Shown: in pieces, positions 1-7,168 of the stretch | Layout of the letters: each line of letters begins with the position of its first letter | Position numbering within the stretch: the stretch's first letter is position 1 | Source of the DNA: Usitatibacteraceae bacterium | Lineage (GTDB): Bacteria > Pseudomonadota > Gammaproteobacteria > Burkholderiales > Usitatibacteraceae | NCBI GenBank assembly: GCA_036394575.1 | Contig: DASWEY010000019.1 | Coordinates: 40,579-104,578, forward strand | Length of the DNA: 64,000 bases | Direction of reading: 5' to 3' | Notes under the pieces: generated by a model | What the model was told of the DNA's origin: nothing | The model's database searches: none | The model's input: the letters and a program-made list of their open reading frames with translations, nothing else | Made by a program: the position numbers and the translations under genes

Positions 1-322
1 CTGGGTTGAATTCAATTTCAACATGTGCGGCTGTCTCGACGCCCTGTTCGTTGAGCACCCTGACGACAGTGTGCCGGTAGTTCGTCGCGCTCTCACCATC
101 AATGCGCACCTGGGCATCGGCCAACAGCCAATAGACACCCTGCGAGGCCTTGCTCTCCTGCGCATTGTTACCCTCATTGATCGCAATGGGCACCACCCAA
201 GCTGGGGCGGGGCCGATCTTGTATTCCTTGCCAATGGCAGTGTCGGAAGGGGCAGCGTGCGCCGACGGGAAGGCGAGCGCGACAAAACATGCTGTAGCGG
301 CGGCAGTGGCTTTGCGCCACAT
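1..322 (-). CDS. 5' part of a secreted DUF3857/transglutaminase-associated-like protein (gene continues past the left edge)
   Basis: Not in the ORF track because the window edge truncates it. Reverse-strand translation from ATG at 320-322 gives MWRKATAAATACFVALAFPSAHA/APSDTAIGKEYKIGPAPAWVVPIAINEGNNAQESKASQGVYWLLADAQVRIDGESATNYRHTVVRVLNEQGVETAAHVEIEFNP. It has a signal peptide with an AHA cleavage motif. The family call is from memory of DUF3857 N-termini. Confidence 0.45.
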   Translation of the reverse strand, partial: MWRKATAAATACFVALAFPSAHAAPSDTAIGKEYKIGPAPAWVVPIAINEGNNAQESKASQGVYWLLADAQVRIDGESATNYRHTVVRVLNEQGVETAAHVEIEFNP

Positions 323-461
323 GCCCTGAAACCCATCAATGCGTGAACTCAATCGCGTGCTTCCTTCTTCTTGTTGGCTTTGGAATTAAAGCGGAATCAC
401 CGGATTCTAACGTGCCAATGCAACCATCGAAGGTAGGTTCGGCGCACGGGATAGCGCCAAT

Positions 462-552
462 TCGAAAAATGCAGATCGCCATTTGGCGCGCCTTCCCGGA
501 CATTTTTGCCCCGAAAGGCGCGCCAATGCTGGAGTTTGGTATTTGTATTTAG
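462..552 (+). repeat. Family-1 nested-hairpin intergenic repeat, copy 1 (T-loop form)
   Basis: tcgaaaaatgcagatCGCCATTTGGCGCGCCttcccggaCATTTTTGccccgaaaGGCGCGCCAATGCTGGAGtttggtatttgtattt. Outer inverted arms flank an inner hairpin. The same architecture occurs at 10 other sites in the window. Confidence 0.8.
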
Positions 553-583
553 GCTGAAGCTTTTATTCCTTGCGGCTCGTGCC

Positions 584-859
584 TCAGGCCGCGCCCTTCT
601 TCGCCGCAGCCTCTTTCGCCTTCTTCGCGTCCGCCTTGCCGAGTTCTTCCGCAGTCAGCTTGACCTTCTTGACCTTCTCGACTTTTTCGGCCTTGACCTT
701 TTCCTTCACCACTTTTTCCTTCTTCACCTTTTCCTTTTTCACGACCGGCCCCGCCGCCGCTACTTTCGCCGCGCGCTTGGCCTGCTTGGCTTCCACCTCG
801 AGCAACTTCTTGTTCTTCTGATTCTGACGTCTTGCCTTCAACATTTTTGCGTGACTCAA
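584..859 (-). CDS. Small Lys/Ala/Glu-rich basic protein (histone H1-like / AlgP-like low-complexity protein)
   Basis: ORF track 91 aa. TTG start at 857-859 with AGGAGG 5 nt upstream. Periodic KEKV-type repeats (VVKKEKVKKEKVVKEKVKAEKVEKVKKVK). Function cannot be assigned from sequence. Confidence 0.55.
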   Translation of the reverse strand: MSHAKMLKARRQNQKNKKLLEVEAKQAKRAAKVAAAGPVVKKEKVKKEKVVKEKVKAEKVEKVKKVKLTAEELGKADAKKAKEAAAKKGAA

Positions 860-1094
860 TTGAACCTCCTGTGATGAAACATGAAATGTCGCGTTATTTT
901 GTTCCGAATTTGTGTTCTGCGCTGAACCTCGGTTGGCAGCGCCCGGAATTAGATCACGAAAGCGTACCGGCCCGGGAATGAGGAAACATCGTATCTGGTC
1001 GTGCGAGAGCAGATTGCTATATTGCGCGACCTGGCCCCGAAGCCGCGATGCCCTCTGCCCCCAATGCGCTTGCGTCTGGCAAGGGCCGCTTGCG

Positions 1095-1595
1095 CTATTT
1101 TTTCGCCATGGCTTTTGGTCCTGCCGCCGTTTTCCGCTTTACCCCCTTGGTACGTCCCGCAACTGCCTCGCCCTCACGCAGTCCCGGCGTTACGGATCGA
1201 TCAAGCGCTGCCTTCGCCCGCTCGATCGCCGACAGCACCAGGTAGGCCGAGCGGTCCATATGTGCTCGCTTGGCCGCGCGATCGACGATGGCGAGTTCGC
1301 TTTTCCGCGCGGTGATATTCACCCGCACGGTGGCGTCATTCATGAACGACAGATCCACCGGCGCCAGGGCGAGCGCATAAGCATCGCGGTAATCGGGATC
1401 GGCCTTCCAGCGATCCAGCGCCGACGGCTCGGGCGCGATGTCTTCGCCGCGCAAATGCACCTCGACCGCTTCCTGCACATTGCGTAGCGCTTCGTCGAGC
1501 GTGGCGCCCGCCGAAAAACATCCCGGCAAATCGGGAATGATCACGCCGAATACCGATTTCCGGTCCTTGTGAATGACGACGGGGTAGTGCTTCAT
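1095..1595 (-). CDS. hicB: HicB-family antitoxin with C-terminal ribbon-helix-helix-like DNA-binding segment
   Basis: 166 aa. N-terminus YPVVIHKDRKSVFGVIIPDLPGCFSAGATLDEALRNVQEAVEVHL is HicB-like. C-terminal VNITARKSELAIVDRAAKRAHMDRSAYLV is RHH-like. 4-nt overlap with the upstream hicA. Confidence 0.85.
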   Translation of the reverse strand: MKHYPVVIHKDRKSVFGVIIPDLPGCFSAGATLDEALRNVQEAVEVHLRGEDIAPEPSALDRWKADPDYRDAYALALAPVDLSFMNDATVRVNITARKSELAIVDRAAKRAHMDRSAYLVLSAIERAKAALDRSVTPGLREGEAVAGRTKGVKRKTAAGPKAMAKK

Positions 1596-1777
1596 GATGG
1601 AATTCCTGCCTGTTTGAGAATGGCTTTGGCGGTGCCCAGCGGAAGGTCTTTTCTCGGGTGCGGCACAGTGATCTTTCCCGGTATCCGCGCGTGCTTGAAT
1701 TGCACGTGGCTGCCTTTCTGGTGAGCCTTCCGCCAGCCGGCGGCTTTAAGCAGCTTGATAATCTCGTCGCTGGACAT
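1592..1777 (-). CDS. hicA: HicA mRNA-interferase toxin
   Basis: ORF track 82 aa (1592..1840). The likely start is M22, giving MSSDEIIKLLKAAGWRKAHQKGSHVQFKHARIPGKITVPHPRKDLPLGTAKAILKQAGIPS, a canonical HicA sequence. Confidence 0.85.
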   Translation of the reverse strand: MSSDEIIKLLKAAGWRKAHQKGSHVQFKHARIPGKITVPHPRKDLPLGTAKAILKQAGIPS

Positions 1778-1835
1778 GGGCGGATTATACACACCAATAC
1801 ACACGTGGCGTGGGCCGCCGGGGTTGCACCAGATC

Positions 1836-1916
1836 GTCAAACTCTAGCACTGGTGCGGTGTTTGAGGATTTTTACTCGGGAAGGCGCGTGGATGCTTGGG
1901 TTTTGTATTTATATCG
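1836..1916 (+). repeat. Family-1 repeat, copy 2 (island subfamily, T-loop form)
   Basis: ctctagcactggtgcggtgtttgaggatttttactcgggaaggcgcgtggatgcttgggttttgtatttatatcg. Lies between hicA and the membrane-protein gene. Confidence 0.7.
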
Positions 1917-1967
1917 AATTTGGCCTATCTGATTCTAAATTGTGAAATCGGCCATTATTAAACTTTG

Positions 1968-3158
1968 TTACGATTTTCCACTTCCTCGGGTTAGCTGCTC
2001 AAACACTGCGGATGGCGCCGTGTCATCTTTTACTATTCCGTCAGAGGCCTGCCGAAAAAGCGCCTGCAAAACAAATTGAATGTCTCCATCTTTGGGGCCG
2101 ACCCCTTTGCGCATTAGGGACAAATAAGTTTGCACCATCGTCACGCGTTCAGATGCATCTGCCTCCAAATGCGTCTGACTCATAAAAAGTCTAACCAAGA
2201 TTCGAGCTACCCAGAGGTACACAGTGGCGCCCAAAATGATCCCCGAGATCCTCCAGTGATCAAGAGCGGTACCGGGCTTTAACTCGGACAGTAAATCGTG
2301 AAGGTATGAATAAAAAATAAGACTGCCGGAACAAAAATACGCGATCAAAAGAAATGCCAGGAACAACATCAATCTTTGATGCACTTTTCTTTTCTTCTCC
2401 CAGTATTTAACTGGTGCCTGAAGGGCAAGTTTTTGATCGTATGTCTTTGCAATTGCCGCAAGCTCTGTCGCCGAGCCCTTTAATTGCGTTTCGAACGCGA
2501 CGCGATTTGACGAAATCAGTTCAGCGAAAGCTTTCTCAGCGACATTTTTCGCCGATTTGATTTCCTCCGAAACCAATTCAAATCTATTCTGAAGCTCATC
2601 TTCTTCTGCGCGATATTGGCTCAGATGATTAGTCCACTCCTGCCTGAGTTCTTGTAACGCCTGTCTTTCAGCATCACTTGTTTTCTGGAGTCCCCTTTCA
2701 TACAAAATTGCGTCGGTTATTCCTGTGAATGCAACGGACTTTAAAGGTCCAACCGCCAGCCCCAAAAAATAACAAAGCGCATAGGCGGCAACTTGATCAC
2801 CAGATTTTCTTAGCGACGCAACCAATTTCGCGCGGGGAGACTTTGAGTGAAGCGCCTTCCCGCTTGCATATGTGTTTAAAAGATGCGATTGCAGTCCCGC
2901 AATACTGCTTGCATATGAAGGCTGACCGATTTGGTTTCTGCAGTCTTGCACCAGCCTCTGAGCGACGCTTAGTGGGTCAACAATAGTTGACCATGTTTGC
3001 GATAAGTTGCCATCCAAGCTGGCGAGGTTAGACATCCAGCTCCAGAAACTAATTTCTTCTGCTAACCATATGGAAACTTCATCAAGTTCCCGGAAGGTAA
3101 ATCTGCCGCCATTCCCTTCCAAATTGATCTCAAATAGGACCGCCTCTTTTTTTGCCAT
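1968..3158 (-). CDS. Coiled-coil protein with two C-terminal TM helices (C-terminal module recalled as DUF6161-like); function unknown
   Basis: 396 aa, AT-rich. Central coiled coil (LQELRQEWTNHLSQYRAEEDELQNRFELVSEEIKSAKN). TM candidates are LMLFLAFLLIAYFCSGSLIFYSY and ISGIILGATVYLWVARILVRLF. The tail is TYLSLMRKG...LQALFRQASDGIVKDD. The DUF assignment is from memory and unverified. Confidence 0.6.
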   Translation of the reverse strand: MAKKEAVLFEINLEGNGGRFTFRELDEVSIWLAEEISFWSWMSNLASLDGNLSQTWSTIVDPLSVAQRLVQDCRNQIGQPSYASSIAGLQSHLLNTYASGKALHSKSPRAKLVASLRKSGDQVAAYALCYFLGLAVGPLKSVAFTGITDAILYERGLQKTSDAERQALQELRQEWTNHLSQYRAEEDELQNRFELVSEEIKSAKNVAEKAFAELISSNRVAFETQLKGSATELAAIAKTYDQKLALQAPVKYWEKKRKVHQRLMLFLAFLLIAYFCSGSLIFYSYLHDLLSELKPGTALDHWRISGIILGATVYLWVARILVRLFMSQTHLEADASERVTMVQTYLSLMRKGVGPKDGDIQFVLQALFRQASDGIVKDDTAPSAVFEQLTRGSGKS

Positions 3159-3450
3159 GGGTTTCTCCAGTGAGAATTTGAAATTTCACGGCACCGATTA
3201 TTCGCTATTCACTCGTTTCGTAACGACAGTCCGACCATCCTCGGTCGGAAAGTAAATATGGGTCCGCAAGGTCCGACACCTGTCTTCCATCTTTATTCCA
3301 GTTAACCTGACGCTCATTCATAAAATTTATGGCGCCAAGCTCGCGTTGATTTTCGAATTACCCTGTGCCGAAAAATATACGGCGCCTGGCTCGTTTTGTT
3401 TGGAATGGCATTTCAGACTCGTTGCCCGTTTTTAAGCAAATGGTGCTGCG

Positions 3451-3540
3451 CTAAAATCTGTAGATGCCCTATTGGCGCGGTGTTTGAGACGTTTTTGCTC
3501 GGGAAGACGCACCGATGCTAGGGTTTGGCATTTATATCGG
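3451..3540 (+). repeat. Family-1 repeat, copy 3 (island subfamily, T-loop form)
   Basis: ctaaaatctgtagatgccctattggcgcggtgtttgagacgtttttgctcgggaagacgcaccgatgctagggttggcatttatatcgg-like sequence (read by eye). The left flank, arms, loop and tail all align to copies 1 and 2. Confidence 0.7.
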
Positions 3541-3608
3541 ACCCAGCCCCTTTGATTCGAGCCGACTCATTCGTGACGCCATAAAGTAAAAAAGGTAGGT
3601 CGTCGCCG

Positions 3609-4634
3609 CTACTTACACGACTTGGGGTCCGCCTGACATTGAATCAGGCGTTGTTGCTGGAGTATTAAATCGGCCTGGGCTTTTACATCAGCGGCTTTTT
3701 GAGCAGTGGTCTCACCGCTTAGCGCGGTCAGCGCAGAGCTCGCGACGTTAAGCGTCTGGCCTACGCCACCGTTGCTTGCATATTGAAGGCTCGTTAGCGC
3801 TCCTGACTCGGCGAAGCATACGGCGAAGACTTGCTTGCCAAACACCTTTGCGACCGGAATAGGAAGTGAATATGGCACGCCAAGTTGTGCCACTGGCAGC
3901 CGTCCCTCCCAAATTGTGTCGCTTCGGCATCCACCAATAGCGCCTGCGGTCACCGTGATATTTAGCAAAGCTGGTTGGCGCGCTTTAAGTATGACGCCAC
4001 CAGATTCCGCCTGGTATGCGGCCGGCGCGTTGGCTGGCTCAACTGTTCCCACTTGAGCGCAAACCCTACCAATTACGGTTGCGAGTTTGCTCGCATATAT
4101 TCCACTAGTTGGATCGGCAGGGATGTCCTGGGAGGCTGAACCAATCTTTGTTACGTCGACCGCACCCTCGTACGTCAGCGTGAGCGGCTTGCCTCCCCCG
4201 GCGCCCTTAATTATTTCGCATTCCTCCGGGTATCCTTTGGCGCCGCCATCAAACGCCAGCGCTGCAGCAGTTGACGCAATTGTCACTGCCGTCTTAAAAA
4301 TGACTTCTCCTTGCCCTGTTCCAGTCGCATTCACATTTTTCAGTCTGCCGTCATCGTAAAAATCAAATTTGACATCAGTGTCGGAAAAAGCACCCTTTAG
4401 TCCAGATAGACGAAGGGGTATGAACTGAGCCTGATCGGCCCAATGCAAAACGGCCGGCGTCACAGACGTCACGACAATTGGCATATTGTTGGCATCGCAC
4501 GCTACAGTGCGTATGACCTTAAACCTTGGCTGACTTTGTGCAAGGTAATAACCGACCGTAACATCAGGCAAATGGGCGCAGCTGCAAAGAAAAGCTAGCA
4601 ATGCCATGCCGCCAGCTTTGATGCAATTGTTCAT
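3609..4634 (-). CDS. Orphan predicted lipoprotein, no family recognised
   Basis: ORF track 365 aa (3609..4706). The likely start is M25 (MNNCIKAGGMALLAFLCSC), giving a signal peptide plus a lipobox-like LCSC. Gly/Ala/Thr/Val-rich body. C-terminal coiled tail with two Cys (RLIQCQADPKSCK). Confidence 0.55.
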   Translation of the reverse strand: MNNCIKAGGMALLAFLCSCAHLPDVTVGYYLAQSQPRFKVIRTVACDANNMPIVVTSVTPAVLHWADQAQFIPLRLSGLKGAFSDTDVKFDFYDDGRLKNVNATGTGQGEVIFKTAVTIASTAAALAFDGGAKGYPEECEIIKGAGGGKPLTLTYEGAVDVTKIGSASQDIPADPTSGIYASKLATVIGRVCAQVGTVEPANAPAAYQAESGGVILKARQPALLNITVTAGAIGGCRSDTIWEGRLPVAQLGVPYSLPIPVAKVFGKQVFAVCFAESGALTSLQYASNGGVGQTLNVASSALTALSGETTAQKAADVKAQADLILQQQRLIQCQADPKSCK

Positions 4635-4763
4635 TTTGCCTCCCGCGTATTTGCTGGTGCTGATGCAACAGAATCCTCGAGAAGCATGGTGCGCGCGGAT
4701 TCGCATAAAGGAAACTACCCGAACAGGTAGGATTTTGTGGTCCTGACCACAAGGTCTCGGCCC

Positions 4764-4812
4764 TAATTGCTCTGGGAAGGAACGCGGATGCTTGGATTGG
4801 CACTTATTTCGA
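4764..4812 (+). repeat. Family-1 repeat, copy 4 (partial: right half only, island subfamily)
   Basis: ctaattgctctgggaaggaacgcggatgcttggattggcacttatttcgag matches the loop, right arm and tail of copies 2 and 3. The left arm is missing or degenerate. Confidence 0.55.
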
Positions 4813-4849
4813 GACTGGCATCTTTAATCCCTCATTAATCCCTGCTAGA

Positions 4850-5551
4850 TTAAACAGCACCGAGCAAAGGTACTAACTCCTCAATCGAAGAGCCAAAAAC
4901 GACATTCTTGGCGACGTCTCCGCCAGTAACGTGACCAATACAGCGGCGTTTGCTATCAACAATTGGCGCCCCGCTACAGCCTTGAAAAGCATCGTGTCCG
5001 GGATGCTCGACAGGCAAACTAAACGTTAGCTTATGAGCAGATTGCTCAATGAGACGTAAGCCTGGGTAGACGATCGGCTGCCGAAAGAATGTGTTGTCGG
5101 CGTACATCTCCGGACTAATCTTGCCGGAGAATGCAAATACCTCTTTGATATCCGGTTTGACAATCTCTGACGGCATAAAGACATGATTAAGAATTGGTTC
5201 TCCAATCATTCCTCGAGGACCGCGCTCCTGATGAAATGGTTGCAAGTCGATGGCGACACTCGCTGCACTTAGATCAAGCTCCGGTCCATCGATGATTGAG
5301 AACTCATTGGGCCAGTAAAGTTCGTTCTTGCCTTCTATGTTGGGGCCGATGTCGACACACCAATCGACTCCTTTTTGCAGCGAGTGTGCTGCAGTGATCA
5401 AAATGCGCTTCTCTCCTAGATTCAAAAGCCAAGCAGATGCGATGCCAAGCACCTGATCTGTATTACGTTTAATCCTGCAAAGTGGGACACTCGTAGATCC
5501 AACCCACTTCAACCAAGATTGAATCTCCACCGGGTCTACTGGCCCTCCCAT
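4850..5551 (-). CDS. Cytoplasmic trypsin-fold (S1/Trypsin_2-like) serine protease
   Basis: 233 aa. Catalytic-triad motifs are in the canonical order: ILITAAHSL (His56), ELDLSAASV (Asp93), FQGCSGAPIV (Ser193). No signal peptide. The ATG at 5549-5551 directly abuts the stop codon (5552-5554) of the upstream ATPase. Confidence 0.8.
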   Translation of the reverse strand: MGGPVDPVEIQSWLKWVGSTSVPLCRIKRNTDQVLGIASAWLLNLGEKRILITAAHSLQKGVDWCVDIGPNIEGKNELYWPNEFSIIDGPELDLSAASVAIDLQPFHQERGPRGMIGEPILNHVFMPSEIVKPDIKEVFAFSGKISPEMYADNTFFRQPIVYPGLRLIEQSAHKLTFSLPVEHPGHDAFQGCSGAPIVDSKRRCIGHVTGGDVAKNVVFGSSIEELVPLLGAV

Positions 5552-7102
5552 TCAGTTCAATCTCGGCGCAAGCACACTTGCCGCACATCCCGGGCTGGCG
5601 ATCTCAAGGGACTCGACGTACCAGTCGAAAATTTGATCCAGCAGGAACTCGCGACTCTTTCCAGTCTTTGCGTGTAAAGCGTCGCTGAATCTATCTAGAG
5701 ATGTTTTAGCATTGCTGCGTGCAGTTGGGTCATTCGTGCTTCCCACCGATAATGGAAGCGGAACGGACAGTATGCTGTTGTTCGAAAGGGCGTCCATAAG
5801 CAAAACAAGAAAATCATTCCCGCTAATTGCCAACGCGTTTACAACTCCGACCTCTGGGGTTACGGAGAGGAACGCGACGTTTTTCTTTATTTGGTGGTAG
5901 AGCTTTTGAAGGTCGAAATTTGCCTTTGCGGCAGGTTTGATGACTGTTGGCGAAGTAGCAAATCCGGCAGCAGGCGGCGTAGTGAGTGTTGGAGGATCGA
6001 GAGCTTCAATGCAGTCCTGATCCAAGAAGGCCGTAACCCGTGTCTGCGGAGAGAATATTGAGCTGCTTTTGTCCAGGAAGCGCAAAACTGCGTCATACGG
6101 ACCAATTGGCATCACAGCAATTGTGGGGGACGCACTAGAGAGGTTAAGTGTCTTCAATGCATGCCGCAAGGATGACCGAATTAACCGTTCGGCAGCAGCA
6201 TCCTCGACTAGAAGTACAACCTCAGGCCGATGGTCGCTCGTGGGAGCCATACGTCCAAGCGCATACGTTGGATAACATCCGCGAACGCAAACTACCTTCT
6301 TGCCCTGACGCTCCAAAAAAAGTAAATGCTGCCGATCAATAGTGCCTATCAGCGTTGCAGAGTGTGTTGAAAAAACTACTGTGAGGGCTTTTTCCTTTGC
6401 GATTTTCTTAATCTCAGCAAGAAGGCGCTCTTGTGCTAACGGGTGTAAGGCAAGTTCAAGTTCGTCAATAATTGCGAGTGACTTGTCCGGCGCCTTTTCT
6501 AAAGCTCTCAACAGTTTTAGTACAGCCAGTTCTCCTAAACTGAAATTTCGCTCGGAGACATACTCATTTTCTTCGTATTCAATGACAAACGCCTGCTGCC
6601 CTTTTCCTCTTCTAACGTTTACCGTTTTTAGGTCGTCAAATTTTGACGTGCCTAGAATCAAATTGGCCTTGCTGCTAATAAAGTGGGATGCAGGGGTTAT
6701 TTTATTCGGCTTAAAATCTTCCCTTCTAGGCGTTACACGTGCGCCATCGGCAGCGATGTACAACACCTGCGAATAACCAATATTCGCCAACAATGTCGCG
6801 CCGTTTTTCTTTGGTGCGGGTTCCCATCGCACGCCACTGTAGGCGTATGTAACGCTCTGTGTTGGATCAGGCGAAACATACGAAACAGTCGCGCCGATAT
6901 AAATATCAAGTTTCGTGGACGCGTTTGACGTTTTGAAATGCCGAGGGAACGCGTCAGGAATTCCAACCCTTGCGAGGCATGCGAGAAGTGACGTCTTTCC
7001 AGCGCCATTTTCGCCGGTCAGTACATACACACCAGGACCCGGGATTTCGAAATCCAATGCGACAAGATTCTTTACATGGCGAATCTCGATTAACCAGCTC
7101 AC
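5552..7102 (-). CDS. ABC-type (AAA_15/21, OLD-like) ATPase with an uncharacterised C-terminal half containing Toprim/DUF4435-like motifs
   Basis: 516 aa, GTG start. Walker A GENGAGKTS (res 30-38), signature-like FSLGE (187-191), Walker B LAIIDELE (209-216), H-loop FSTHS (244-248). The C-terminal region has EVVLLVEDAAAE (E300) and AFLDQDC (D361/D363). Confidence 0.85.
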   Translation of the reverse strand: MSWLIEIRHVKNLVALDFEIPGPGVYVLTGENGAGKTSLLACLARVGIPDAFPRHFKTSNASTKLDIYIGATVSYVSPDPTQSVTYAYSGVRWEPAPKKNGATLLANIGYSQVLYIAADGARVTPRREDFKPNKITPASHFISSKANLILGTSKFDDLKTVNVRRGKGQQAFVIEYEENEYVSERNFSLGELAVLKLLRALEKAPDKSLAIIDELELALHPLAQERLLAEIKKIAKEKALTVVFSTHSATLIGTIDRQHLLFLERQGKKVVCVRGCYPTYALGRMAPTSDHRPEVVLLVEDAAAERLIRSSLRHALKTLNLSSASPTIAVMPIGPYDAVLRFLDKSSSIFSPQTRVTAFLDQDCIEALDPPTLTTPPAAGFATSPTVIKPAAKANFDLQKLYHQIKKNVAFLSVTPEVGVVNALAISGNDFLVLLMDALSNNSILSVPLPLSVGSTNDPTARSNAKTSLDRFSDALHAKTGKSREFLLDQIFDWYVESLEIASPGCAASVLAPRLN

Positions 7103-7168
7103 TTAGACCTGCTCTATAGTAATGGTCAAGTTGCGCAGGATTTCACCGTTGATGTGAAGCTAACCTGA

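Noticed and set aside
23-346. Plus-strand 107-aa ORF at the left edge.
   Set aside because: The opposite strand encodes a signal peptide followed by a plausible conserved domain that runs off the window (feature 1..322). The plus-strand ORF has no SD and no recognisable features.
462-4812. Read the repeat-punctuated island as an integron-like cassette array, with the hairpin repeats as attC sites.
   Set aside because: There is no intI integrase and no attI. I could not find the RYYYAAC/GTTRRRY core sites at the hairpin ends. The same repeat family is also scattered through core-genome intergenic regions, so a REP/MITE-type element is the simpler explanation.
4850-7102. Considered whether the ATPase-protease pair is part of a retron, Septu, Gabija or PARIS system.
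   Set aside because: No reverse transcriptase or msr/msd-like structured region, HNH nuclease, UvrD-like helicase or separate DUF4435 gene is adjacent. The partner here is a trypsin-fold protease. Only the ATPase class is shared, so I cannot assign it to those systems without HMM searches.
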